Positions 18,947 through 28,775 of a stretch of 64,000 bases of DNA are shown here, piece after piece. Below the pieces are notes generated by a model. It had not been told where the DNA came from. It ran no database searches and saw only the letters and a list, made by a program, of their open reading frames with translations. Location of the stretch: contig CAWGVS010000012.1 in NCBI GenBank assembly GCA_963826115.1, forward strand, positions 640,001 through 704,000. The letters run 5' to 3'. Position 1 is the first letter of the stretch, and each line of letters begins with the position of its first letter. The DNA is from an uncultured Candidatus Rokubacteria bacterium (GTDB lineage Bacteria > Methylomirabilota > Methylomirabilia > Rokubacteriales > DASRDR01). The position numbers were made by a program, and so were the translations under genes.

Positions 18947-20293
18947 TGTTGGGAGCACATGATGTGACCGCTCCCGAGAGCAAGTGACATGACCGCTCCT
19001 GCAGGCCCCAGGGGAAGCTACCGCCACCGAGGCGGTGGCGATGAGCTATCCCGTGGCGGCCGTGGAGCGTGCCATGACGATCCACCAGGCCATCCTTCAC
19101 GCCTTGCATGGTCGCCAGACCTGGCTTCAGGTCGCCGACGTCCTGGGGTTGAGCCCCCGGACCGTGCGGCGCTGGCGGTGGAAGTTTGAGCGCGATGGGG
19201 TCAAAGGCCTGCTCGATCGGCGCCGGCAGACCCCATCGACCCGACGGGTGCCCGTCGCGGAGCTCCAACGCGTCCGGCGCTTGTATCGGGAGCGCTACAC
19301 GGGCTTCAACGTCCGCCACTTCCACCAGCTCGCCCAGCGGGATCACGGGGTGACGTTTTCCTACACCCTCGTGAAGGCCGCGCTCCAGCAGGCCGGCCTC
19401 GTCCGGCGGGCCCGCGCCCGCGGCCGGCATCGTCGGCGGCGCGAGCCCCGCCCGGGCTTCGGCGAACTGCTGCACCTCGATGGCAGTCGCCACCGCTGGC
19501 TCGCCCTGGTCCCGGAGGCCTGGCACACCCTCCTGGTCGTCGTCGACGATGCGACGAAGCAGGTGCTCGATGCCCACCTCAGAGACGGGGGCGAGAGCAC
19601 GCGCGCGATCATGACCGCCTTGTCGGCCGTGTGCACGCGGTACGGGTTGCCCGGCGCCCTGTACACCGACCGTGCGCACTGGGCCGTCCACACCGCAACC
19701 TCGGGCAGTGCGCCCGATCGTACTCGCCTGACGCAGGTGGGCCGCGCGCTGCAGGCCCTCGGCATCGAACACATCCTCGGCCACTCCCCGCAGGCCCGCG
19801 GGCGCAGCGAACGCGCCAACCGCACGCTGCAGGATCGACTGGTCAACGAGCGGCGCGTCGCGGGGATCCGGACCGTCCCGGCCGCCAATCGCTACCTCGC
19901 GGGGCGCTTCCTCCCGGCCTACAACCAGACCTTCGGCCGCCCGCCCACCGACCCGCATTCGGCCTTCGTGCCCGTCACCCCGGCTCAGCTCGAGCCCATC
20001 CTCTGCCATGCGGAGGGGCGCGTCGTCGCCCGGGACAACACCGTGACCCTGGATCGTGTGGTCCTGCAGCTCAGCCAGCAGCGCGGCCGCCGCACCTGCG
20101 CCGGCCTCCCGGTCCTGGTGCGCCGCCACCTCGATGGCCGCCACTCCGTGTGGTGGTGGGGGCGGCGCTGCCTGGGCCGCTACGATCCGCAGGGCCGCCC
20201 GCTCACCGCCCTCCCAGCCCCCGTATCGGCCTAACCATGGACCGGTCACTTCACGTGTCAAAACCCGAGCGGTCAGATCACTTGTCAACAACA
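18947..20293 (+). mobile_element. Insertion sequence, IS1202-like (ISNCY/IS481-related), with 18-bp target-site duplication
   Basis: TGT...ACA ends; imperfect IRs TGTTG-N8-TGAT[G/C]TGACCGCTC with inner repeats; GCAGACGACGGTGGCTCC duplicated at 18929..18946 and 20294..20311. Confidence 0.92.
19035..20234 (+). CDS. DDE transposase (ISNCY/IS1202 type)
   Basis: N-terminal HTH; GELLHLDGSRHRW, VVDDAT, LYTDR, SPQARGRSERANRTLQDRL. Confidence 0.93.
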   Translation: MAMSYPVAAVERAMTIHQAILHALHGRQTWLQVADVLGLSPRTVRRWRWKFERDGVKGLLDRRRQTPSTRRVPVAELQRVRRLYRERYTGFNVRHFHQLAQRDHGVTFSYTLVKAALQQAGLVRRARARGRHRRRREPRPGFGELLHLDGSRHRWLALVPEAWHTLLVVVDDATKQVLDAHLRDGGESTRAIMTALSAVCTRYGLPGALYTDRAHWAVHTATSGSAPDRTRLTQVGRALQALGIEHILGHSPQARGRSERANRTLQDRLVNERRVAGIRTVPAANRYLAGRFLPAYNQTFGRPPTDPHSAFVPVTPAQLEPILCHAEGRVVARDNTVTLDRVVLQLSQQRGRRTCAGLPVLVRRHLDGRHSVWWWGRRCLGRYDPQGRPLTALPAPVSA

Positions 20294-20385
20294 GCAGACG
20301 ACGGTGGCTCCCGTCTCGGCCTTGAAATCGTCAGTCTCGGAGGGAAGTTCCCGCAGTCACCCGGCGTGGGCCGGGGACCGCGCGG

Positions 20386-21636
20386 TCACACCACGGGAAG
20401 CGCGGCCGGGGCGCGCCGCGTCAGGAGCTCCGCCCCTGACGGCGTCACCACGATGTTCTCCTCGTGCACCATGAGACGCCGCGCCAGACCGCCCGCCCCG
20501 GGCAGCGTGAGGCTCGGCTCGAGCGTGAGGACCATGCCGGCCTCGAGGACCGTGTCGTCGTCGGGGGCGAGGGACGGCGGCTCGGTCAGGTCGAGGCCGA
20601 GGCCGTGTCCCATCCGGCCGACCGGCGTGTCACGCCGGCCCGCCGGATCCACCACCGCCGCCATCGCGCGCCACACCTCGGCGGCGGTCCGGCCCGGGCG
20701 CATGGCGGCGAGCCCGGCCTCGGTGGCCGCGAACACGCGCCGGTAGGCGTCCTGCATCTCGTCGGACGCGCGGCCGAAGGCGAAGTTCCGGTCGAAATCG
20801 CAGAAGTAGCCGCGCCAGGTTGCCCCCACGTCGATGATCAGGAGGTCGCCGGTCTCGAGCCGCCGGTCGGTTGGGCCCATGTTGATCTGCTCGTAGCCGT
20901 GCGGGCCCGAGACGGGGATGAGGTACGGGACCGCGTCGGCGCCGAGCTCGACGAGGAGCCCGTGGAACCGGCGCGCCACGTCGCGCTCGGTCAGCCCGGG
21001 CCGGAGCTCGCCGGCCAGCCGCGCGAACCCCTCGCTCGCGAGCTCCGCGCTCCGGCGAACGCGCGCCACCTCGAGGGCGCTCTTCACCATGCGCACCGGC
21101 CGGAGGACGGGCCCCGCGTCGAGGAAGGGCTCGGGCCGCGTCGCGGCGACCCGCAGGAAGTCGGCGATGGGCATCTGGACCCGCATCTCGGGACCGATCT
21201 CCGCCGCGACGCGGCCGCGCGGCCCGGCGAGCTCGCGGAGGGCGTCGACCACCAGGCTCACGCCGTCGTCGGCCGGGCGGGGGGCGGGCCACGTCCGCAC
21301 GTCCTCGAGCCACGTCGTGGCGCGGATGCCCGCCGCGTTGCTCGACGGGGCCACGGCCACGGGCTCGCCCTCGACGGGGAGAAGGACGAACCGCGGCCGC
21401 GTGGGGCTCACCCAGGTCTGGCTGTGGAAGCCCGTGAGATAGCGGATGTTCTTCTCGGAGGTGAGGAACAGGCAGTCGACCCGCGCGTCGGCCATCCGCC
21501 GCCGCACCGCCGCGACCCGCCGCCGGTACTCCTCGGGCGGGAACTCCCAGCCGGCGTCCGCCGGCGGGCGATCGAGGCGCCCCCAACCCGTTCCGCCGGC
21601 GCGCCCGGGCGGCCCGCCTCCCCCCGTGGGACTCAT
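20386..21636 (-). CDS. M24 (Xaa-Pro peptidase/creatinase-fold) metallohydrolase
   Basis: NIRYLTGF N-domain; ligands IDVG, CDFDR, GHGLG, LEP, HEEN. Confidence 0.9.
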   Translation of the reverse strand: MSPTGGGGPPGRAGGTGWGRLDRPPADAGWEFPPEEYRRRVAAVRRRMADARVDCLFLTSEKNIRYLTGFHSQTWVSPTRPRFVLLPVEGEPVAVAPSSNAAGIRATTWLEDVRTWPAPRPADDGVSLVVDALRELAGPRGRVAAEIGPEMRVQMPIADFLRVAATRPEPFLDAGPVLRPVRMVKSALEVARVRRSAELASEGFARLAGELRPGLTERDVARRFHGLLVELGADAVPYLIPVSGPHGYEQINMGPTDRRLETGDLLIIDVGATWRGYFCDFDRNFAFGRASDEMQDAYRRVFAATEAGLAAMRPGRTAAEVWRAMAAVVDPAGRRDTPVGRMGHGLGLDLTEPPSLAPDDDTVLEAGMVLTLEPSLTLPGAGGLARRLMVHEENIVVTPSGAELLTRRAPAALPVV

Positions 21637-21758
21637 GGCCCCCGCAGGGTACACTGGGGGCCGACGGGACTCCCAGCCTTCGGGCCCGGTGCGGCCGGCG
21701 GCGGGATGGCGGATCTCGAGCGCTCGGTCGACGGGCCGGTCAACGTGGAGGATCACGC

Positions 21759-22646
21759 ATGCTCACGCGCGAGCAGGTGCAGACGTACCGGAGAGACGGC
21801 TACCTCGTGATCGAGAACGTCCTGAGCCCAGCGGAGCTCGGGACCCTCCGCCAGGTCATTGCCGACCTGATCGAAGGCTCGCGCGCGATCACCACCCACG
21901 ACAAGGTCTACGACCTCGAGCCGACGCACACCGCCGAGGAGCCGCGGGTCCGCCGGATCAAGGAGCCGCACAACGTCCACGCGGCCTTCCGCGACGTCGC
22001 GTTCAGCCCGAAGATCGCGGCGATCCTCGGCCCGCTCCTCGGGCCCTCCGGCGTCCGCTACCAGACCGGCAAGCTCAACATGAAGTCGGCGGGCTACGGC
22101 GCCGCGGTGGAGTGGCACCAGGACTGGGCCTTCTACCCGCACACGAACGACGACCTCCTGGCGATCGGGCTCTACCTCGACGACTGCGGACCGGACAACG
22201 GGCCCCTCATGGTGATCCCCGGCAGTCACACGTGGCCGATCGCCGACCACCACGCCGACGGGGTGTTCTGCGGCGCCATCGACCCCAAGGCCGCGGACAT
22301 CGACTTCTCCAAGGCGGTGATGCTCACCGGCCCCGCGGGGAGCATGACGATCCACCACGTCCGGATGGTGCACGGCTCGGCCCTGAACACGTCGAACCGC
22401 CCCCGGCGCCTCCTCCTCTTCCAGTACACGGCGGTCGACGCCTTCCCGCTGATGGGCATCCCGGACTGGGCGGCGTTCAACGCGAACATCGTGACGGGCG
22501 AGCCGACGATGGTGCCCCGGATGACCCCCGTGCCGGTCCGGATCCCGCTGCCGGCCGCGCCCTTCGCGGGGTCGATCTACGAGAACCAGCGGACGCTGGA
22601 GAACCGCTACTTCGAGGTCTTCGACGAAGAGGAGAAGGTCACCTAA
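21759..22646 (+). CDS. Phytanoyl-CoA dioxygenase (PhyH) family Fe/2OG oxygenase
   Basis: YRRDGYL, WHQDW, NGPLMVIPGSH, VHGSALN..RPRR. Confidence 0.93.
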   Translation: MLTREQVQTYRRDGYLVIENVLSPAELGTLRQVIADLIEGSRAITTHDKVYDLEPTHTAEEPRVRRIKEPHNVHAAFRDVAFSPKIAAILGPLLGPSGVRYQTGKLNMKSAGYGAAVEWHQDWAFYPHTNDDLLAIGLYLDDCGPDNGPLMVIPGSHTWPIADHHADGVFCGAIDPKAADIDFSKAVMLTGPAGSMTIHHVRMVHGSALNTSNRPRRLLLFQYTAVDAFPLMGIPDWAAFNANIVTGEPTMVPRMTPVPVRIPLPAAPFAGSIYENQRTLENRYFEVFDEEEKVT

Positions 22647-22821
22647 GCGGCCGCCGCTCGCGCCGCGCTCCTCGCGCGCCGCGCCTTGCGGACCCTTGGC
22701 GCGGGTGTTACGGTCTCCTGGCGTACGCAGCGAACCACAGGGAGCTCCGCCAGTTCGCTCCCGGATCCCGGAGCGCCCCGATGGTGCCACAGTCACGCTG
22801 GATGCCGCCGCTCGCCGCGCC

Positions 22822-23973
22822 GTGTACGACCTCCTGATCCACGCGGGGCGCGTGGTCTGCCCGGCGACCGGCCTCGACGGGCCGGGGGCGCTCGCCGTCG
22901 CGGACGGGCGGATCGTCGCCGCGGGCCCGGGCGTGGACGGGCCGGCGCGCGAGACGCGCTCCCTGCCGGACGCTACCCTCCTCCCGGGGCTGGTCGACCT
23001 CCACGCGCACCCGGCGCGGGGCGAGTCCCGCTACGGGGTCGATCCGGACCTCCACTTCCTGCCGTTCGGGACGACCACCGTCCTCGCCCAGGGCGAGGCC
23101 GGGGCTCTCAATCTCGCGCGCTACCAGGCGACGGTGATCGAGCCCTCGCGGACGCGCGTCCGGCTCGCCGTCAACATCGGCCGGCGGGGCGAGGCGACGC
23201 CCGGCGGGGCGTGCGAGGCCGGGGAGGACGTCGACGCCGCGGCGTGCATCGAGGCGGTGCGGGCGAACCAGAAGCAGGGCGGCGAGGCGCTCTGGGGGCT
23301 CTCGGTCAACGTGAGCCCGGCCACGTGCGGCCGCACCGACCCGCGCGCGGTGATGGCGGCGGGGCTCAGGGCCGCGGAGGAGACCGGGCTCCCGCTCCTC
23401 TTCGGACCGCGCCGCGCGGCCGACTGGGCGCTCGCGGACCAGCTGCCGCGCCTCCGCCCCGGCGACGTGGTCACCTATTGCTTCACGGATTGCGCGGAAG
23501 GCCTCCTCGACGGGGATCGCGTCCGCGACGCGGTCTGGGCCGCGCGCGAGCGGGGGATCCGCTTCGACGTGGGTCACGGGATGGGCTCGTTCGACTTCCG
23601 CGTGGCCGAGCGGGCCATCCGGGAGGGCTTCCTCCCCGATGCGATCTCGACCGACCGGTACCAGCGTCACCTCGCGCTGTCGCCGCGCCACGACCTCCCG
23701 CGCACGCTCTCCAAGCTCCTCGCGGCGGGGATGACCGAGCCGGACGTCTTCCTGCGCGTGACGACGCGGCCGGCGGCGATCCTCGGCCTCGCCGGCGAGA
23801 TCGGGACGCTCGCCCCCGGGGCCTGCGCGGACCTCGCGGCGCTCGCATGGAATCCTGCCGCGCCGCCGCTCCGCGACACGGCCGGCGCCGAGCGTCCGGG
23901 CGGCGCCTGGGCGCCGGTCCTGACCGTCCGCGCCGGCCGGGTGATCCCCGTCACCGCCGAGACCGCCCCCTGA
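22822..23973 (+). CDS. Amidohydrolase/deacetylase (dihydroorotase-like) family protein, atypical metal site
   Basis: PGLVDLHAH, FDVGHGMGSF, ISTD, GTLAPGACAD; start uncertain. Confidence 0.85.
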   Translation: MYDLLIHAGRVVCPATGLDGPGALAVADGRIVAAGPGVDGPARETRSLPDATLLPGLVDLHAHPARGESRYGVDPDLHFLPFGTTTVLAQGEAGALNLARYQATVIEPSRTRVRLAVNIGRRGEATPGGACEAGEDVDAAACIEAVRANQKQGGEALWGLSVNVSPATCGRTDPRAVMAAGLRAAEETGLPLLFGPRRAADWALADQLPRLRPGDVVTYCFTDCAEGLLDGDRVRDAVWAARERGIRFDVGHGMGSFDFRVAERAIREGFLPDAISTDRYQRHLALSPRHDLPRTLSKLLAAGMTEPDVFLRVTTRPAAILGLAGEIGTLAPGACADLAALAWNPAAPPLRDTAGAERPGGAWAPVLTVRAGRVIPVTAETAP

Positions 23974-24866
23974 TGCCGTCGCGCTGGGAGCGGCTGAAGA
24001 ACGACCAGCGGGTGCTCGCGGCCCTGTTCCTGCTCCCCGCGCTGCTGGTCCTCGTGAGCGTCGTGGTGTACCCGTTCGCCGACGCCGTCTGGATCAGCTT
24101 CCAGGCGAAGCAGGCCGGCACGCCCGGGCGCTTCATCGGGCTCCAGAACTACGGCGAGCTCCTCGGCAACCCGGTCTTCCTCCAGATCGTCGGGAACACG
24201 ATCTTCTACACGGGCGTCGCGGTCGCGATCAAGTTCCTGCTGGGGCTCCTGGCGGCGCTGGTGCTGGCGCCCGCGCGCCGCCTAAACGGCCTGTACCGCA
24301 CCGTGCTCTTCGTCCCGTGGGCCGTGCCCACCGTGATCGCGGCGCTCAACTGGCGGTGGGTCTACGACGAGTTCAGCGGCATGCTGAACAACGTGCTGCT
24401 CGCGCTCGGGCTCACGCAGAACGTCGTCGCCTGGCTGGCCGAGCCGCGGCTCGCCATGTGGTGCGTGATCGCCGTCGCGGTGTGGACGGGCACGCCCTTC
24501 TACACGATGAGCTTCCTGGCCGGGCTCCAGGCCATCCCCAAGGAGCTCTACGAGGCCGCCCGGCTCGACGGCGCCTCCGCGCTCCAGGAGTTCCGCCACG
24601 TGACCGTGCCCGGGATGCAGGCGATCTTCCTGGTCACGGTCATGCTGTCGACGGTCTTCACCTCGACCAGCCTGGTGATCGTCAACATCCTCACCAACGG
24701 CGCGCCGGCCGAGCGCACGAACATCCTTCCGAACTTCTCCTACAACCTCGCGATGGGGACGGGGCGGCTCGGGATCGCGTCGGCGGTCAACATGATCTTC
24801 TTCCCGCTCCTGATCCTGATGATCGTGGGGCTCAGCCGGCGCCTCCTGGCGGCGCGCGCGGCCTGA
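23973..24866 (+). CDS. CUT1 ABC transporter permease (MalF-like)
   Basis: FIGLQNY, PWAVP, EAA motif LYEAARLDGA. Confidence 0.93.
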   Translation: MPSRWERLKNDQRVLAALFLLPALLVLVSVVVYPFADAVWISFQAKQAGTPGRFIGLQNYGELLGNPVFLQIVGNTIFYTGVAVAIKFLLGLLAALVLAPARRLNGLYRTVLFVPWAVPTVIAALNWRWVYDEFSGMLNNVLLALGLTQNVVAWLAEPRLAMWCVIAVAVWTGTPFYTMSFLAGLQAIPKELYEAARLDGASALQEFRHVTVPGMQAIFLVTVMLSTVFTSTSLVIVNILTNGAPAERTNILPNFSYNLAMGTGRLGIASAVNMIFFPLLILMIVGLSRRLLAARAA

Positions 24867-24870
24867 CGCG

Positions 24871-25722
24871 ATGGCGGCCCCGGCGAGCGCGTCGCGGCAG
24901 CGGTGGCTCCGGGAGGCCGCGGCCTACCTCGTGCTCCTGGTCCTGATGGTCTGGACCCTCGGCCCGCTCTACTGGATGGTGACCACCTCGCTCAAGACGA
25001 ACGCCGAGGTGTACGGGACCACGGCGACGCTCTGGCCGCGGCAGCCGACCTGGGCGAACTACCGCGTCCTCTTCACGAAGACGCCGTTCGCCGTGTACTT
25101 CCAGAACAGCGTCCTCATCGCGCTCGGGACCACGTTCATCACCGTGCTGGCGAGCGCGCTCGGCGCCTACGCGCTGGTCCGGCTCCGCTTCCCGGGCCGT
25201 CGCCTCCTCGCGCGCGTCCTCGTCTACACGTACCTCGTGCCGCAGTCGCTCCTGTTCATTCCGCTCTTCACGATCCTCGTGAACGCCGGGCTCTCCAACA
25301 CGCGCACCGGCCTCGTCCTCACGTACCTCGGCTTCACGGTGCCGTTCTGCACGTGGCTCCTGATGGGCTACTTCCTGTCGGTGCCGGTCGAGCTGGAGGA
25401 GGCGGGCCTCGTCGACGGCTGCAGCCGCCTGGGCGTGCTCTTCCGCATCGTGATGCCGGTGACCCTGCCCGCGCTCGCGGTGACGGCGTTCTTCTCGTTC
25501 ACGCTGTCCTGGAACGAGTACCTCTACGCCTCCGTCTTCGTCTCGGACGTGAACGCGAAGACCATCCCGACCGGCATCCCGAGCTTCATCATCGAGGACG
25601 TGTTCTTCTGGGGGCCGATGATGGCCTCCACCGTGCTGAGCGTGATCCCGCCGCTCGCCGTCTACTTCCTGTTCCAGCGATGGCTGATCACCGGTCTCAC
25701 CCTGGGCGCCGTCAAGGGCTGA
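24871..25722 (+). CDS. CUT1 ABC transporter permease (MalG-like)
   Basis: YFQNS, ELEEAGLVDGC, SWNEYL. Confidence 0.93.
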   Translation: MAAPASASRQRWLREAAAYLVLLVLMVWTLGPLYWMVTTSLKTNAEVYGTTATLWPRQPTWANYRVLFTKTPFAVYFQNSVLIALGTTFITVLASALGAYALVRLRFPGRRLLARVLVYTYLVPQSLLFIPLFTILVNAGLSNTRTGLVLTYLGFTVPFCTWLLMGYFLSVPVELEEAGLVDGCSRLGVLFRIVMPVTLPALAVTAFFSFTLSWNEYLYASVFVSDVNAKTIPTGIPSFIIEDVFFWGPMMASTVLSVIPPLAVYFLFQRWLITGLTLGAVKG

Positions 25723-25760
25723 CGCCGCCCCGCTCCCGAACCCCTGACACGGAGGACCGC

Positions 25761-27101
25761 ATGATGGACTCTCCCAAGCTGACCCGCCGGACGCTGCTCA
25801 AGGCCGGAGCCGGCGCCGCCGCGTTCGCCACCACGAGCAACATCTTCACGCCGCTCAAGAGCTTCGCCGCGCGGGACCAGAAGCTCGTCTTCTGGCTTCA
25901 GCCGAACTTCAACCCGACGGCGGACAAGATCCTCGAGGAGCAGACGCGCGCCTTCGCCAAGCAGGCCGGGCTGAAGGACGCGGAGCTCCAGATCCTCAAG
26001 GTGCCCGGCGGCGAGATCCCCACCCGCATGGCGGCCGCGCTCGAGGTGAACGCGCCGCCCGACGTGACGCGGCTCGAGGAGGGCTTCGTCGCGCGCATGC
26101 GGGCCCAGAAGGCGCTCCTCGACATCACCGACGTGATGGGCGAGATGAAGAAGGTCCCGGGCGGCGTCAACGCGGCCGTCGTTGGCCTGACCGAGGAGGG
26201 CGGCCGCAACTTCGCGGTCCCCATGGGCCTGAACCCGGTGGTCATGCACGCCCGCATGGACCTCCTGGAGCAGGCCGGCTACAGCACGTTCCCCGAGACC
26301 TGGGAGAAGTTCATCGAGGCCTCGCTCAAGATCAACAAGCCGCCGTTCTATGCCTACGGGATGGCGCTCGGCACGTCGCCCGGAAACGACAGCACCGAGG
26401 ACATCATGGCGTGCGTGTGGGCGTACGGCGGCAACATCATCGACAAGAACAACCGGGTGGTCTTCAACTCCCCCGGCACCGTGGCGGGCTTCCAGCTGGC
26501 CAAGGACATGTACCTGAAGCACCAGATCGTCCCGAAGGGGACGCTCAGCTGGGACAACTCGGGGAACAACAAGGCGTACCAGTCGAAGCAGGTGGCCTTC
26601 GTCTACAACCCGCCGAGCGTCTACTCCTACCTCCTCCAGGAGGACAAGGAGCTGGCCGCCAAGACCGGGATCTTCGCGGCCCCCGGCGGACCGGCCGGGC
26701 GGATGAAGCGCGTGTACTGCGACTACTACGGCGTCTTCAAGGCGACCCCGTACCCGGACATCGCCAAGGGCCTCGTCCGGTACTTCATGGAGCCGAAGAA
26801 CTACAACGAGTTCATCACCGGCACGGCCTCGCGGTACCTGCCGGTGTACCCGAAGCTCCTCGACGATCCCTTCTGGACCTCGAAGAAGGAGTTCGCCGGG
26901 CTCATCCAGATCGGCCGCGAGGGCGAGACGATCGCGCGGGCCGGCGTCATCACGGCGGCGCTCGGCGAGGTGGTCGCGCAGTCGCTCCTCGCGAAGTCGG
27001 TCCAGACGGTGCTGGTCAACAACGTCGATCCCGCCGAGGCCGTGGCCAAGGCCCACGCGGAGATCGTCGCCATCTACAAGCGCTTCAACGAGCCGGTCTA
27101 G
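25761..27101 (+). CDS. ABC substrate-binding protein (family 1), Tat-exported
   Basis: GGAGG RBS; TRRTLLK twin-arginine motif; PETWE, WDNSGNNKAY. Confidence 0.9.
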   Translation: MMDSPKLTRRTLLKAGAGAAAFATTSNIFTPLKSFAARDQKLVFWLQPNFNPTADKILEEQTRAFAKQAGLKDAELQILKVPGGEIPTRMAAALEVNAPPDVTRLEEGFVARMRAQKALLDITDVMGEMKKVPGGVNAAVVGLTEEGGRNFAVPMGLNPVVMHARMDLLEQAGYSTFPETWEKFIEASLKINKPPFYAYGMALGTSPGNDSTEDIMACVWAYGGNIIDKNNRVVFNSPGTVAGFQLAKDMYLKHQIVPKGTLSWDNSGNNKAYQSKQVAFVYNPPSVYSYLLQEDKELAAKTGIFAAPGGPAGRMKRVYCDYYGVFKATPYPDIAKGLVRYFMEPKNYNEFITGTASRYLPVYPKLLDDPFWTSKKEFAGLIQIGREGETIARAGVITAALGEVVAQSLLAKSVQTVLVNNVDPAEAVAKAHAEIVAIYKRFNEPV

Positions 27102-27173
27102 GCCGGCCGCGTTCCGCCACGCCGGCGCCTCCCCGCGGGGGCGCCGGCGCCGCATCACGCCCGGAAGGGACCG

Positions 27174-28775
27174 ATGCTCGACCTCGTGATCTCGGGCGGC
27201 CTCGTGCTCGACGGCACGGGCGCGCCCACCGTGCCGGCCGACGTGGGCGTGGCCGGCGGGCGGATCGTCGAGGTCGGGCGCCTCCCGGGCGTCCGGGCGA
27301 CCCGGGTGATCCGCGCCGACGGGCGCGTCGTCTGTCCCGGCTTCATCGACATGCACGCCCACGACGACTTCAACCTGCCGGTGAACCCGCTGGCGGCCGA
27401 GAAGACGCGGCAGGGCGTGACCACCCTCGTGACCGGCAACTGCGGGCTGTCGCCCGCGCCGCTCGGCACCGCGCACCGCCAGGCCGTCCTCGACGCGGTC
27501 GACACGCTCGACAGCGGCCTCGCCTACGACTGGCCGACGTTCGGCGCGTTCCTCGACCGGATGCCGCCCCTCGGCCTGAACGTGGCGACGCTCGTCGGCC
27601 ACGGGACCGTGCGCGCCGCCGTGCTGGGCGGCGAGGCGCGGGCGCCCCGCCCGGACGAGCTCGCGCGCATGGCGGCGCTGGTCGACGAGGCAATGGCGGC
27701 CGGCGCCTTCGGGCTCTCGACGGGGCTTTTCGGCCCGCCGTCCGGGTATGCGGCGACCGACGAGGTCGTCGCGCTCGCCCGCGTCGCCGCCCGCCACGGC
27801 GGCGCCTACCACACGCACATGCGCGACGAGGGCGTGCGGATCGCCGAGGCCGTCGACGAGGCGCTCGCGATCGGCGCGCAGGCTGGCTGCCCCGTCCAGA
27901 TCTCGCACCTCAAGATCTCGAGCCTCGACCGCTGGGGGCGCGCCCCCGAGATCCTCGCCGCGATCGCCGCTGCCCGGGCCCGCGGCGTGCGCGTGACGTG
28001 CGATCAGTACCCCTATCACGCGTCGAGCGGCGGGCTTCGCCACCACTTGCCGGCGTGGGTCCACGCGGGCGGCCTCCCCGCGCTCCTCGGCCGGATTCGC
28101 GAGTCCGCGACGCGCGCCCGCCTCCGCTACGACCTCGTCGAGGGGATGGCGAAGGCTGGCGTCTCGATGCGCTTCTACCGGTGGGACCTGACGCGGGTCA
28201 GCGAGTCGCCGACGCGCCCGGAGTACGCGGGGCGCACGCTGGCCGAGATCGGCGCGCGCGAGGGGAAGGCGCCGGTCGATGCGCTCCTCGACCTGCTCCT
28301 GGCGGACGGCGGGCGCACCGGCGGGATCTACTTCCACATCAGCGAGGACGACGTCCGGACCATCATGCGCGATCCGCACGTCGGCGTCGGCTCGGACGGC
28401 CTCTACACCGGCCGCCCGGGGCAGCCCGCGCGGGGGCGCCCGCACCCGCGCCACTTCGGGACCTTCCCGCGCGTCCTCGGCCGCTACGTCCGGGGCGAGG
28501 GCGTCCTCGCACTGCCGGAGGCGGTCCGCAAGATGACGTCCCTCTCGGCCGACGCGCTCGGCCTCGCGGATCGCGGCCGGATCCGGGCCGGCGCGGCGGC
28601 CGACCTCGTCGTCTTCGACCCGGCCACGGTCCTCGACCGCGCCACGTTCGAGGCACCCCATGCGGCCCCCGAGGGCATCGGCGCGGTCGTCGTCAACGGC
28701 GTCCCCGTCGTCCTCGACGGCGAGCCCACGGGCGCGACGCCCGGGCGCGTGCTCCGCCGCGGGCGGCCCGGCTAG
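27174..28775 (+). CDS. N-acyl-D-amino-acid deacylase (D-aminoacylase) family
   Basis: PGFIDMHAHDD, GNCG, THMRDE, SHLK, GSDG, HPRHFGTFPR. Confidence 0.92.
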   Translation: MLDLVISGGLVLDGTGAPTVPADVGVAGGRIVEVGRLPGVRATRVIRADGRVVCPGFIDMHAHDDFNLPVNPLAAEKTRQGVTTLVTGNCGLSPAPLGTAHRQAVLDAVDTLDSGLAYDWPTFGAFLDRMPPLGLNVATLVGHGTVRAAVLGGEARAPRPDELARMAALVDEAMAAGAFGLSTGLFGPPSGYAATDEVVALARVAARHGGAYHTHMRDEGVRIAEAVDEALAIGAQAGCPVQISHLKISSLDRWGRAPEILAAIAAARARGVRVTCDQYPYHASSGGLRHHLPAWVHAGGLPALLGRIRESATRARLRYDLVEGMAKAGVSMRFYRWDLTRVSESPTRPEYAGRTLAEIGAREGKAPVDALLDLLLADGGRTGGIYFHISEDDVRTIMRDPHVGVGSDGLYTGRPGQPARGRPHPRHFGTFPRVLGRYVRGEGVLALPEAVRKMTSLSADALGLADRGRIRAGAAADLVVFDPATVLDRATFEAPHAAPEGIGAVVVNGVPVVLDGEPTGATPGRVLRRGRPG

